Shown: positions 12,355-24,339 of the stretch, in pieces
Layout of the letters: every line of letters starts with the position of its first letter
Numbering within the stretch: the first letter of the stretch is position 1
Assembly (NCBI GenBank): GCA_973895155.1
Contig: OZ316898.1
Span: 17,598,752 to 17,662,751, forward strand
Length of the DNA stretch: 64,000 nt
DNA from: Marsupella aquatica
Lineage: Eukaryota > Plantae > Marchantiophyta
Reading direction: 5' to 3'
Program-made: the position numbers and the translations under genes
Notes under the pieces: generated by a model
Databases searched by the model: none
The model's input: the letters and a program-made list of their open reading frames with translations, nothing else
Told to the model about the DNA's origin: nothing

Positions 12355-13023
12355 GTTTCTACTTTGTATTTTCTTTTCTTTTCATCAATGTTGTTTCGTC
12401 ATGTGAGTTATTCTTTCATGGGTTCTCAGTTTCACCAGTTTTGTTCATATTTGTTTCACATGTGCCTCCTTTTCTTTCCCAACTGCAAGTATAAACAACC
12501 TGGGAGTTGCTCAGCAAAGACCATGTCGGTGTATGCCTTTAGTCTTCATCCATGTTAACTTATTGTTTCAAGGTTTCTTTGTTCTACTATACTATAATTT
12601 CATTTTTTTTCTTGGCATGTGCCTCTTTTCTCCCAATTGCACTGCAGAACCCATGGGAATTAGGAGGCAATTTAATGTATCTCTATTTGTTTATTTCCTA
12701 GTATTATCATTGTATGGGTTCTTTGTGCTACTTGTTTTTTGTGTTTGTTTGGCTTGTGCCTCCTTCCCCCTCCTTTGGGTTGGAACTCCTACTGGATGGC
12801 AGCATGGGGGTTCAATTCCCCTATGGAGTATTGTTAAATTATGATAAATATTTGCAATGTATGAGCTAAGTTATTTTGCAATGCAATGCCATGCATGTTG
12901 CTCTTCTATTATAGGTAGAGCACGTATAGATACTTGGTCCATAGCCATTTCCCAAACTTGTAATAGGGCAACACAACTCACCACTTGCATTGATGGTGCT
13001 AAAATAAAATAATGTATCAAGTA

Positions 13024-16000
13024 TCACATATCATAATCTACACCTCTTCCAAATATGATATGGGCCACGTCTTTCTTCCACCTGATGCTTCTAGGAACTA
13101 GGTCACGAACCTTTGATGTGCGCTGACGTGTACATGTATTACTAGGCTGTCTTGTTTGAACTCGTACCACCTCTCGACCAATGTTTTCATTCCAGCACAT
13201 TGCAGCACATGCCATCTGAGCTTCATGGGTCATGGAAAAATGAATTCTCTTCATAGCATATTTGTTGATGTTTCCATGAAATGTTTCACTGAAGAAATTT
13301 TCTCAGGCTCTAGTGTAAAAACGAACATTGATTGCAGTGACGTTCTTATGCAACCATTGCTTCAAAGCTCTATGTGTAGCGCCCCCTACAAAATCCACAA
13401 GAATCCATATTTGAAAATATTATAAATCCGAAAAGATTAGGTAACAATCCAAAAAAATTATTTCTCTCATACACAAATTACAATTGAACCAAGTTTAATC
13501 AATAGTAGCATTTAACTTACCTTCAACATAGTATGGCATATAAGTTGCACCTTCCTCACAACACTTGCGAGGAAGGAAATCTTTGCAAGGTTCATGGTTA
13601 CCAGCCCAATGATCAGCTACCGTGATGATCTCCCTAGCCAACCTAGTAGCATCATCATTTCCCTTGTAAGTAGTCAAAACAATATAATTCAAGAGTTAGT
13701 TTAGTTCAAATAATGAAACAATTGAATTGCTTGAATTAATTTGAATGTAACTGAATACCATAGTTACCAGTCTACCTTTCTTTTGCATTGCAACAACAAT
13801 AGTAGAACCAACTCTTCAACTTATCACCAAGTTGTTTCTCTGTCAATTCTGGATACTTCAATTGCCTCCTGGTATGCAATGTGATGTCCTCCTCTGAAAG
13901 CCCTTTATGTCTTCCAATGCGGCGCACCAAGTCTGTCTTATTTCCTGTATGCCTCAATAGGTGGTCCTTGCACCAATCTGACAACACTCGAATAGTGAAT
14001 CTGCCCAATTCCTGCAAGGATATAGCACAATCGATCCCACCAGCAGGTGTTGTTTCTTTCACATTTGCTAGCTCTTTGTTAAACTGCTTCAAAAGATTCT
14101 TGCATTTGTGCCATAGATCCTTCTGGTTATCAATATTGAACTCATGAAGAATAGCATCAACTGTGTTGTTATCATCGTGAACAACCTCGTTAATTGTAAC
14201 TCCAACATCTTGAAGATGTTGTAGGGCACGACGAACACCAATTGCCTCAATAGCGCCAGAATTTCCAGCCTCAACGCGATTGATTGTAACAAGCTCTACT
14301 ACCTTACTAGTAGCCACGTCTATTACGGGAACAGTGCCATGATATCCAGAACGAGATGAGTCCCAACGACAATCCACATATAAAATCATTGGAGTGGAAC
14401 CTACAATTATCATAAATTCACAAAATATTTAGAAAGCAACATTTACATGCATGCATTAACAACCTAGAATATGTAGTAAATTGATAAACTAATCAAGCAA
14501 CTTACTAGCTAGTTAACAAATGTTTCACTAGAAGGAAGATTGACATACCATCTCTTTCTGCTAAGCTTTGTTGCAACCTTTGTTTCTTATGATTCCAGAC
14601 TTGCAGTACTGCTCCAATCCATCCAATGTCTCTTCTGGCTCCATTTTGAAATCGAAACCAGTGGGTGTTTCTTGGGACATGGATCTCAATGTGAGAAAAT
14701 AGTTCACATATGATGTTGTGTGTTAGACCAGCAGAGAGAGCAGAGTGATAAATTAGTCCAGTGATTGCAGGAACACCTGTAATCATGAATAAAACAAGAT
14801 TTGACTTAAAACCTTTTTGTTTCAAAATGCATAATATTAAATTAAAAAAAGTACAATAGTATAAACAAATAGTATTAATTTGAGCAGATGACATGTACCT
14901 CTATGAAGTTCATTCTCTCCAGTCATGAAAGATTGTGTATGCCCTTTTGGGCACTTCAACTTCAATATCCACAACTGATGGTGTGTCACTATGTCATCAA
15001 CCAAATACTTATCGACACAACCTTCAACACGACAATTCACACAAAATTCCTGGAAAAATTCATGGACCTTGCTTTTTTGCCAAAAAGCATACTCCACTAG
15101 GCTCTGAGGATCTGACTGGGTTGTATTTTCTTGAGATGATGGCTCGTACTCAAAATCCAAACTGGAGTCAACTTCTACTTGCTCAGAGGAAGTAGATGCC
15201 TTGAAAAACACACAATAATTAGTAAGCTATGTAGAGATGCAATTAATTTAAAACATATAATTATAACTATGAATTGATGCAAATGACAAAGACAACAATG
15301 TGCAAAAATACAAATGATACCTGAGTGACATTCTCTTCAAACCCAGAATCCATGAGAACCATATTGTCTAATCCAAATGTTGTTGGATCAGCCACTTCCA
15401 GCAAACGAATGGCTCCATCCTCATTTGATATCTGTTAAGGGTTTAGGGTGCAGTATTTGTTTCTTAGTTGAAGGTACAGTTTCCATAAAATGAATGCATT
15501 ACCTATGTAAAGTAAAGTTCCTGATTAATTTTGCATCACTTGTCAATTTAGATCTGTTCCATGAATAAAGAAAAATAATCCCTTCCCCAGACCCCTAACC
15601 AACCTCTACAAATACCATCTTCAATGCTCAAATGTTTTTGACACCCACTAAACAAAGTATGGCAATTCATAGAAAAGATAGCGCAAAACCTGTCTGATCA
15701 CTAAACGCCATGGCTAGGGCCAAAGAAGTCAAAGAAATAAGCTAAGCATGATATTAGGGTTTAGGGTTTAGGTTAAAAAAAATTCCATGAAACATTACAT
15801 TAGGGAAAAAACTATTGTAACCTCATTCTATTGTATGCAGCTTGGGCAAGGGTGATGACTCAAAAGTTAGTCCTTGTGCTATCATTATTGAAAATTATTC
15901 TTGTTAGCATATTATGTACAGTATTTGACGTTAAAATTTAATCCTTTTGTTATCATCATATTTTGTCATTAATTTGATGTTTGCAAACAAAAAAATTACA

Positions 16001-17225
16001 GTCTGTGCATTATATTGTACATGTATAACATGTACAAAAATTACATGTATGTGCATTATTTTATGGAACAAATATAACAAAGAACAAAAGGATCTTAAAA
16101 ACCCTAAACAAAGTTACCTGGGAATCAGACATCAAAGGGCCATCTTCCATGTTTATGTTGGAATGCGGAATGTGTTGTGCATCCTCCTCCCCAGACTCAA
16201 TGTGGTCAGATACACTAGTGTTCAAGTCTGAATCATCTTGCTCTTCGTCTGAAGGTGATGCCTCATCAGGAATGGATTTGTCATTATTTGGATTGGATGA
16301 TGATGCACCGCAAGATGGCTGCAAGACAAAAATACAAACATGGGTAGACAATACTAAATCATGATGTACCAAAGACAAAACCTCTAAATTTTGGATAACC
16401 CTAATTGTTTTAATACGTCAAAAAGGAGAGATGCTGAAAGAGATTACTCGCATGAAAACCTAGAAAAACAAGGATTAGTGAAATAAAGCAATCTTGAGAC
16501 TAGAATGAGAAATGATATAAAAAATACCCTGGCAATGATCCCAAATGTTCCCAAGTCATCTTCATCAGCAAGGTGTTTATCATTTATCCACCCAAAGTCA
16601 TTAGGGCCCTCACATGCTGGTACTTCCTCTTGAGATCGTTGACACCGACCGCTAATAGCAGCAGAGATTTGCATGGACATACCATCCATGAGCCAAGCCA
16701 TCAACTTCCCATGGGACCATTTGGTGGCATCCTGTAAGGCATGGTATATACATATATGGGTTCCAGGAAGCCTACATCAAAGACTGCCCCCAGCTTGGTG
16801 ATAATCCCTCCTGCCTGGTTGACGTACCATTTGTCCTACTCTGGCAACCAAAACCATATTGACAACAACAAGTTTTTGCTAATTAGATGTCCTTATATTT
16901 GTGTAGTACCTCAAACATCATGCTTCTTCAAGTCTAGAATGAATATCATGCTTCTTCAAGTCTAGAATGCACTTGTGGATGAAAATGCAAGAGTTTAGTT
17001 AGCAGGTTCATACCTTCCTTCACAACATTGCAAATGCCTTGTATCTGACCCAAATGAGTGCCTTCCTACCGGGCAAGTCCTAAAACAAAAGTGGGCCGTC
17101 TCCCTCACCCAATCTGCATTTGACCCGCATGAGTGGCCTGACTTTTGGCAGGTTCTAAAACCGAAATGGCCAGACTATCATCCTCTACGACGGGTGAAGG
17201 CTAGTTCCCTTTCCATGGCCATCAT
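13024..17225 (-). pseudogene. Kolobok-type DDE transposase, ~830 aa, 9 exons (17225-17014, 16840-16528, 16318-16118, 15431-15321, 15199-14899, 14776-14549, 14400-13776, 13662-13521, 13385-13024)
   Basis: Motifs: CxxC...CPKGH; VDCRWDSSRSGYHGT (D1); NSGAIEAIG; VVHDD (D2); KDLWHKCKN; DHWAGNH..C; SETFHGNINKYAMKRIHF..AMCWNEN (E). GT-AG junctions are phase-compatible except 13776/13662. In-frame stops lie at 17175-17180, ~16779 and 13303. The 5' exons are less certain. Confidence 0.85.
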
Positions 17226-19350
17226 CGTTATCAATTGTGACATGAAGCCGCTACTGTGTGATAAACCATGCCATCCCGCCCCTACCCTGTACGTTTTGTG
17301 TAAACTGAGAATTGCACCATACAACTAGCCGGTTGTCGTTCAATGTAAACGATCTTGCCCCTACCATGTCATTTTGTGTACACCAAGGATTGCACCAAAG
17401 AACTAGCCGGCTCATCTAAGTGTTGAAGTGCATGGCGCAAGGAAGGAAAAGCATCGCCGATTCGCGGTTCTCACAAACATTGTGTTTCTTAGGCAAGATG
17501 GACAGAGAAGATTACAATAGTTTGGCTACTCTGCTGTGCCGATTGCTTTCCCCTATTGCAAAGGCAGGATACTGAGTACGAATCAAAGTTTCATACTCAG
17601 TACTCTGCTCACCAACATACTAATATCATGCTTTTAGACAATGTTGCGGCCCTAGTAAAGCTGTCGTATCTTCTGCGCAGCAATGTGCGAACATCATTGT
17701 TGCATGTAAATCAACAAAGAAGTAAATCAAACATGATGTTGCCAGTAATGACTTGAGAGAGTGACAGCTTGACCTGCAATCGTAGCTTATAATAGAGCAA
17801 TTGATATAGTTGGTGGCTCATCCCAGTAGCAGTTGGGCTTTGCTTGTCGCGTTTTGCATTTTGTGTCTCCAGAAAGATACAGAATCGCATGGCAAGTTGT
17901 CAGTTGCCTTTCAATTTTATGAAGATTGATTACACCAAAATAACCGTGATACTGAAATACAGTTGTCAGCCGGGTTCAGCTGAGTCCGGAACCGCTTTCT
18001 CCGAGAATTACTGTGGGATTGGACATGGTGGCCTAGTTTCGGAATTGGTACTGCCAGATTCAAAATTGTGTGAAGCTCTTCCGGATCTGGCATGGTGGCT
18101 CTGGTTTGGGATTCCAACTCGCTTCTTCCGTGACGGCGCCTCATTTGGAAGTGTTCAAATCTTTGTGGGCTGCATCTTGGTTTGGCATCTGGATTACTAG
18201 TTCCGAGAATTGTAGTTATCTCGTTGACGAAACGTTGGATTTGGTATAACACCCGGTGTAACATGCAGCTCGATTTGGTATGGTGGCTCTGTTCGGGAAT
18301 TACCTGCGTGCTCCAAGACGCATCAGTTGGAACATTCAAATCTCTGGCACACGGTACCATTTGGCAGTAGTGTGGAAGTTGTTTAGGATTCGGGAGATTG
18401 GCAGAACTCCCCCGTCATATCTCTGCTGTAAAAACTCTCAGGTTGGCGACATTTACATGCATGCTTTTCTGACTGTAATAACCACCAACACTACATTCGA
18501 AGAGGATGTTCAAGCCGGATCTGTAATCAGGGTTGTTTAGGTCTTTGCATATGTAGAAAGAGCGTCGTTCTTGTGCTCACATTAGTGGAAATCAGGCAGG
18601 AATAAGGATGACTGAGAAGTTCTTTGGAGACATGAACGCGAGGGTTATTTTTTTGATGGGGAAATGGTCAATCCAATGTGTTTTGGGTGCTGTTACTCAC
18701 TGCGGTACAGCCATCCGCAGAACATAATAACAAGGGATCAACAGAGATCCATCTGCGCTAGTTTCATATAGTCGGCTTTAGAAGGCTGCCATTCTGATGA
18801 TCTAATTGCTTGGATCAATCACCCAACAGGTCAAGAAACTTTTTATTTTCCCTTCATTCAGGTTCTGGATATGCTCAGAAGCGATGTTGAACAAAAAAAG
18901 GCGAAGTCCTTGTGTGCGCCGGCCTCCTATGTCAATTGCTTTCGTCGGCCGACTATGTCAATGACTAAAAATATGCCAAAGGATGAGGCGATTTTGGTTG
19001 CGTTAGTTCTTGTGTACTTAGAGAACATGTCGATTAGGCCATTCATGCAGAAGAGCACACGCACAAACCCATGTCGATTGAGTGTGTTTTTTCAAGGCCA
19101 ACACACTCACAAACGTTCATGGCTATGGCAGCATGTTTTGCAGCCCCTAAACTCACGAACCATGATACCTACGCATTCACACGAACAAACGACTGACGGA
19201 AAGTCCAACACACTTTTTGGACCACTACTGACCCACCTACTATTGCGGACCACTGGGGCTATGGCAGGGACGCAGCGCCTTGGCTGCCTTGGCTGGGCAG
19301 GTCTGGAAGAATGAGCCTTGACCGGCGCTTGGTGCTAGCACTAGTTATAT

Positions 19351-19363
19351 GGACAGTGGCGGT
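19351..19363 (-). repeat. Right TIR of the Kolobok-type element
   Basis: GGACAGTGGCGGT followed by TTAA. Confidence 0.92.
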
Positions 19364-19373
19364 TTAAGATAGG

Positions 19374-19911
19374 CACTTTCTTCAATGTGTCTTACTAGCG
19401 ACACTCATTTCAATAAAAATCATAACCTTTAAAGGAATAAAAACCATAAACTTAGGAAAGAAAGTCATGAAGGGAACTTAAGATAAGATGTGTTGACATT
19501 ACTTAGAATGATTCCTCTCACTCATGAGAATACTTAACCATAAACTTAGGAAAGAAAGTCATGAACGGAACTTAAGACACTTAGAATCATTCCTATCACT
19601 CATGATAATACTTAACCATAAACTTAGGAACTCATGAGAATACTTAACCATAAACTTAGGATGTGTTGACATTACTTAGAATGATTCCTCTCACTCATGA
19701 GAATACTTAACACTTAGAATCATTCCTCTCACTCATGAGAATACTTAACCATAAACTTAGGAAAGAAAGTCATGAAGGGAACTTCAGACAGGATGTGTTG
19801 ACATTACTTAGAATCACACCATAAACTTAGGAAAGAAAGTCATGAAGGGAACTTCACACAGGATGTGTTGACATTACTTAGAATCATTCCTCTCACTCAT
19901 GAGAATACTTA
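19374..19911. repeat. Modular AT-rich minisatellite (host target locus of the transposon)
   Basis: Shuffled modules accataaacttaggaaagaaagtcatgaagggaactt, gatgtgttgacattacttagaat and attcctctcactcatgagaatacttaa, each present 4-6 times. The first ~108 bp match the left flank at 9276-9385. Confidence 0.9.
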
Positions 19912-20379
19912 AAAGCTGTAGAAAATGAAGCCCTTGGTTTCTCTCTAGGAGATAGCAAAGTTTAAAAATTAAGGGGGCTGCCAAAATACATTCAAAATAC
20001 TATAGGAATGAATTAAAATTCTATATGATACAAAGTATGCCCCTTGTTAAGGTACATTCAAATAAAAATACATGATACAAAAATATGACTAAGACAAAAC
20101 ATGAAAGTTGGATTCACCATATAGCAGTGTCAAAAATGCGCCCGTAAAATGCGAAACAAATGGACTGCTTGCTGAGAGCAATTTTGGTGGAGTGCATGGT
20201 AGAAGAATTAAGAGCACTCTCACCGGTGCTCGCCAAACAGCTGTTTGGTGCCTCCTAGGCCTGTTTTGGTGCCTCCTAGTCCGGATTCAGGCCCCACTCC
20301 CTGCTCCACTAAGGGGTGTCAATACTCTGCCATACGATGATAGTAGGGTGTCTCAAACCTCAGCCATACCAGGATCATA

Positions 20380-20804
20380 GGGCATCTCAAAGCATGAAAG
20401 TTACAGATTTGTGGTATATCCCATAATGGGACCTAGGTATGGAATTTCAAAAATGTGGGGAGGTAGCATTGACCCTGCCCCATAGGGCAGGACTTACCAC
20501 CTCACCTGTTTCATAACTTATTTTCCTTTTCCCTCCATTCTTGAACGGTCGCCACCTCAAATGCAGCAACCTTCGTCACATCAGGCGCAAAGCCTATGTG
20601 TCTTCCATTGTGGCTTTCCGGAGTCTCGGAGTCCTAGGATTCCGGATTTGCGCTTAAAGTTGCGAGAAAGTTACAGGTTAGGTGTTGAGCCCATGGGCTT
20701 TCCTTGGTAACTGAAGACTGACTATCATAACTGTTACGGGAGTTCCCGTAATACTGGAGTTATGGGAGGGCCTTATCTTGTTAACAACAGACTTTGAAAT
20801 GCCC
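20380..20804 (+). mobile_element. Non-autonomous MITE-like repeat, copy A (Harbinger/Tourist-like ends)
   Basis: Begins GGGCATCTCAAAG and ends CTTTGAAATGCCC|TAA. The internal sequence recurs in inverted orientation at ~21225-21613 and ~23088-23522. Confidence 0.55.
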
Positions 20805-21224
20805 TAATAGGGCTTGTCGAACCCATGTCATAGACGAGACACTTGGCCATACCCAGATAATATAGGGCATGTCAAAACAGTTCCATAAATAAGATATGGC
20901 CAAGGTCATAAAGTGTTTTATGTCCAGGAGGTAAGTCTACATGGGCTACCCGAATACAAGCCCTGTAACAATCTTATGTCTAAAAAGGTTAAACCCATAA
21001 CATTTTGCTTATGCAAGGACTTTGACATGCCCTAACAGCACCATAAATGAGACACAGCCATAGCCAGACTGTAGTATGGCCAGGAAATAAGGAGTTAAGG
21101 GCTACCTAAACATAAGGCCCATAAGAATCTTAAGTCTGAAAAGTTTCAGTCCTTAACACTTTGCCTACAGGAATAGTTTAGGCAATAGTTTGATTCGCTC
21201 TAATGTCTTCCTACTCAAGAGTTA

Positions 21225-21613
21225 TGGATCCCGGAACTCCCGTAAAAATTATGGAAATCAATCTTCAGCTACTGTAAGGAAAGCCTGCAGGTTTAACACT
21301 CCCTTCAATACTTAACCAGTAACTTTAGGCAAATATCCAGAAACCCAAAAATATGAAAACCTGCAAAAGAAAGCATGGGGGTTTGCCCTCAATGTGATGA
21401 TGACTGTTGCATTTGAGGTGGCGGATGGCCTAGAATAAAAGAAAAATGATAGTTACATGTTATGAGATTGATCTGAGACTGTAACGCATGCCTTGTGAGA
21501 TGGGTCAATGTTACCTCCCCCCAATTTAAATGCCTTAATTGGTCCCATACAGAGAGTCACAATATGGACCATAAATCAGTAACTTTCAATCACGACCCAT
21601 TTTTGAAATGCCC
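21225..21613 (-). repeat. Diverged inverted copy B of the 20380-20804 repeat
   Basis: Reverse-complement blocks gaactcccgtaa, gttgcatttgaggtggcg and gggtcaatgttacctcccc; ends TTTGAAATGCCC. Confidence 0.7.
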
Positions 21614-21819
21614 TCTTGGTTCCCTGTCCAATCGCCAATGTGTACCTTTTCATTGTATTTGTATGGGTGGTTATGAGCCATTACCTGGCTTGCGTTTCTG
21701 AGACTCCAGCTCCCTGGAGGGTGATCCAATTTTTAGGTTATAAATAGAATAAATCTACACTCAGGGCTAACTCTTGTTAATCCATGGCCACTCACGGGCC
21801 ACAGGTGTTACACCCTTGC

Positions 21820-22083
21820 CTTGGGCTTGTTGCCCTCGGGAATTACATCCCATAACCCTCTTGTAGCCATGGGTTACGCTCCACAAAACCAACAGCTGCA
21901 GTTTCAAGGGCCTTTGTGTGTCCTTGGTGTTGTAGAGACGTCCAATGATTACTTATTCAGACGGTCGGTCATGGCTAGGTTCTGGAATGCAGGACTGCTG
22001 GCCTTGGCAGTAGAAAATGAGTAGGGGTAACCAATCCCCAAGAGGGATAATGGGATGTAACCTCTGGGAGCAGTGAGCCCGAG
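21820..22083. repeat. Imperfect inverted repeat (~58-bp arms), small fold-back/MITE relic
   Basis: ttgggctt..ttacatcccataaccctcttg..ggttac (21820-21878) pairs with gtaacc..caagagggataatgggatgtaa..gagcccgag (22027-22083). Confidence 0.6.
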
Positions 22084-23087
22084 GGGGTTACAGCCCATTA
22101 TCCTCAAGCGGGGATGAGGTACCAAGCCTAAGCCCCCAAGTTCACTTTTATGCAAAAAAAATTGTATCCTAGGTACTGTAGCTGTTTAAGTGTACTCATT
22201 TAAATTTGAGAATCCCCAAGCCAGACTGACACAGTTTAGGTGGACTTACATGCTGTGTAATGCTTCAAAACTTTACACAAACTAACAAACAGAAACCGGG
22301 ACAGAAACTCACAACCGGCTTCACAAAGGCGGTGACATTGGGGTGACCTGGGAATGGAGGGGGTTCCCATTGAATTTGGGACCCCTTAAGCTATTATAGT
22401 CCATAATGCTCCAACAACAGGACCTTACTACAATTAAAGGCTTGAGAGATTTTAGTTATTACTAATTGTAATAAAAGTAAAGGGGAATACTCTTAAACCC
22501 GCTCTTAAACCCCCACTAGCCAACTGAAGACAAAAACTTGGTTACACATATTTCACCATTTTTAGTACTTTTTCCCAAAATTGTGGAGCAAAGTCTCACA
22601 GCAGAGGAAAGGAATGTGAAAAAGTGAGAAGTTGTGAAAACTCCTCCTTTTATATGGCCAGTGGTGATTTAAGGAGGGAATTGTCTCCAAGAACGTACTG
22701 AAAAGTACAAAGGGAGAAATAGTCTCCAACAATGTACTGAGTATGTGCAAAGGGAAAATCACTAAGGGCCTTAAGGTACTGTACAATGTGAGAAATATAC
22801 AAAGGAAAAATCATTAATATGGCGTCTCAAAGCTGAGAAATTAAGTATGGTAGCATAAAGGAATGATCTTAACTTTTTCATAAGGTTGTGTAAAACTTTT
22901 TTTTGTTTTATCTTTCACCAGCCTCTAGTGTGACTCATGATAATGGCGGGGATAATGGCATAAGACCAATCCTTATGGCAAAAAGTTATGGACTATGAAT
23001 TTAGTAGTGGACCATAATTTTTTGTGTCCTTAACCCATGATAACTAAGGAGTTAAAGTCCATCAAACACATTGTCTTGAAACCTGGC

Positions 23088-23522
23088 GTTAGCAAGATAA
23101 GGCCCTCCCATAATTAAGTATTACAAGAACTCCCATAAAAGTTATGGGAGCCAATCTTTGGCTACCATGAGGAAAGCCTGTGGGTTCAACACTTAACCCG
23201 TAACTTTCTTGCAATTTTAGAAGCAAATCCGGAAATCCAGATTGACTCCGGAAATCCAGACTGATGGGAACTCTGAAAAGCCGTGACTGAAGGCTTGTGG
23301 GCTTTGCGCCTAATGTGATGATAGTTGCTGCATTTGAGGCCACACTTGATCAAGAATGGAAGAAAAAAGGATATATGCTATGAGACAGGTGAGACCTGAA
23401 CTCATTCCTTATGGGGTGGGTCAATGCTACCTCCCCCCAAATTTAAAATTCCACAACTGGGTCTCATAACTAGAGTAATGGGAAGCAGCACAAATCCAAA
23501 TAATGACCCAGCTCTGAGATGC
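23088..23522 (-). repeat. Diverged inverted copy C of the 20380-20804 repeat
   Basis: caagataaggccctcccataa, gcaaatccggaa, gttgctgcatttgagg and gggtcaatgctacctcccc are reverse complements of copy A. Confidence 0.75.
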
Positions 23523-24014
23523 AGTCCTTAATCCTAAGGGCATTAAAGCACTGTAGAGTGCACCTAAATATATAAAGGGAAACATCACTATTTAAGTGCA
23601 TTAGCCTGATTAAACATTCTATGAACGTAAATAGAGATGAAGACCAAAAACATCTTGCAAGACAAAGATGCATCTTTGTCTCCATCCCTTATTTTTTCAC
23701 CTTCACTTATATTTTGTCTTTATTGAGAGTCAATGTCATTGTTATTAATCTTTGCTCCTTTCACTTTTCAGTGTTATTAATCTTTGCTTCCACCTTTTTT
23801 TTGGTACACTTTCACTTTTCAGTTTTGTCCTATTGAGAGTTGCTTTTTGCATTGCTCGCTTTATTAGTGCTGTTTGTTCGTAGAGTACCTGAACAGGTGA
23901 ACACCTGCCACTGCGTGGATCCCGCTGGCTGCCAGGTAAGCTAAGGCATGGTACAGCTTTACTGTGGGTCGGGCGTTCAACCCGACCAAGAAGGGACGAC
24001 ACTCAACACCCATG

Positions 24015-24250
24015 AAAGGAAAGGCAAGGAAAAGAAAGGCGTGTGAAAGGAAAGGAAAGGCGTGTGAAAGGAAAGGAAAGGCGTGTGAAAGGAAAGGAAA
24101 GGCGTTTGAAAGGGAAGGGAAGGAAAGGCGTTTGAAAGAAAAGGAAAGGAAAGGAATTGAAAGGAAGGCGTGGGAAGGGAAAGGAAGGGAAGGGAAAGGA
24201 AAGGAAAGGAAAGGAAAGGAAAGGAAAGGAAAGGAAAGGAAAGGAAAAGG
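24015..24250. repeat. (GAAAG)n purine microsatellite with a 20-bp higher-order unit
   Basis: gaaaggaaaggaaaggcgtgt repeats degrade into pure GAAAG. Confidence 0.95.
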
Positions 24251-24339
24251 CGTTCCTCAGTTTCGATGTCTCTGAGCTCCGTGTCTGTGTGAGGGAGAGA
24301 ACGACGATGAGAGACCGAGAGACCGAGAGAGAGGGAGAG

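Larger units (their letters stand above)
9386..19363 (-). mobile_element. Full-length Kolobok-type DNA transposon (9978 bp), coding-decayed
   Basis: Perfect 13-bp TIR ACCGCCACTGTCC (9386-9398) / GGACAGTGGCGGT (19351-19363), with TTAA on both sides (9382-9385, 19364-19367). Inside are a DDE transposase with Kolobok motifs and a convergent KolX-like gene. Confidence 0.88.

Noticed and set aside
15754-15772. TTAGGGTTTAGGGTTTAGG telomere-like tract
   Set aside because: Fewer than three units, inside a transposase intron; telo-box-like at most.
9382-19367. piggyBac assignment based on the TTAA duplication
   Set aside because: The termini are not CCY-type, and the transposase motifs and KolX-like partner fit Kolobok.
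9276-19481. Flanking ~108-bp direct repeats read as LTRs or KolobokP-style long terminal direct repeats
   Set aside because: They lie outside the TIR/TSD, are asymmetrically placed, have diverged and continue into a host minisatellite; there is no retroelement coding sequence.
19374-19911. CRISPR-like appearance of recurring modules (also 11269-11592 and 59430-59670)
   Set aside because: There are no unique spacers between constant repeats, the modules are shuffled minisatellite units, the context is eukaryotic and no cas genes are present.
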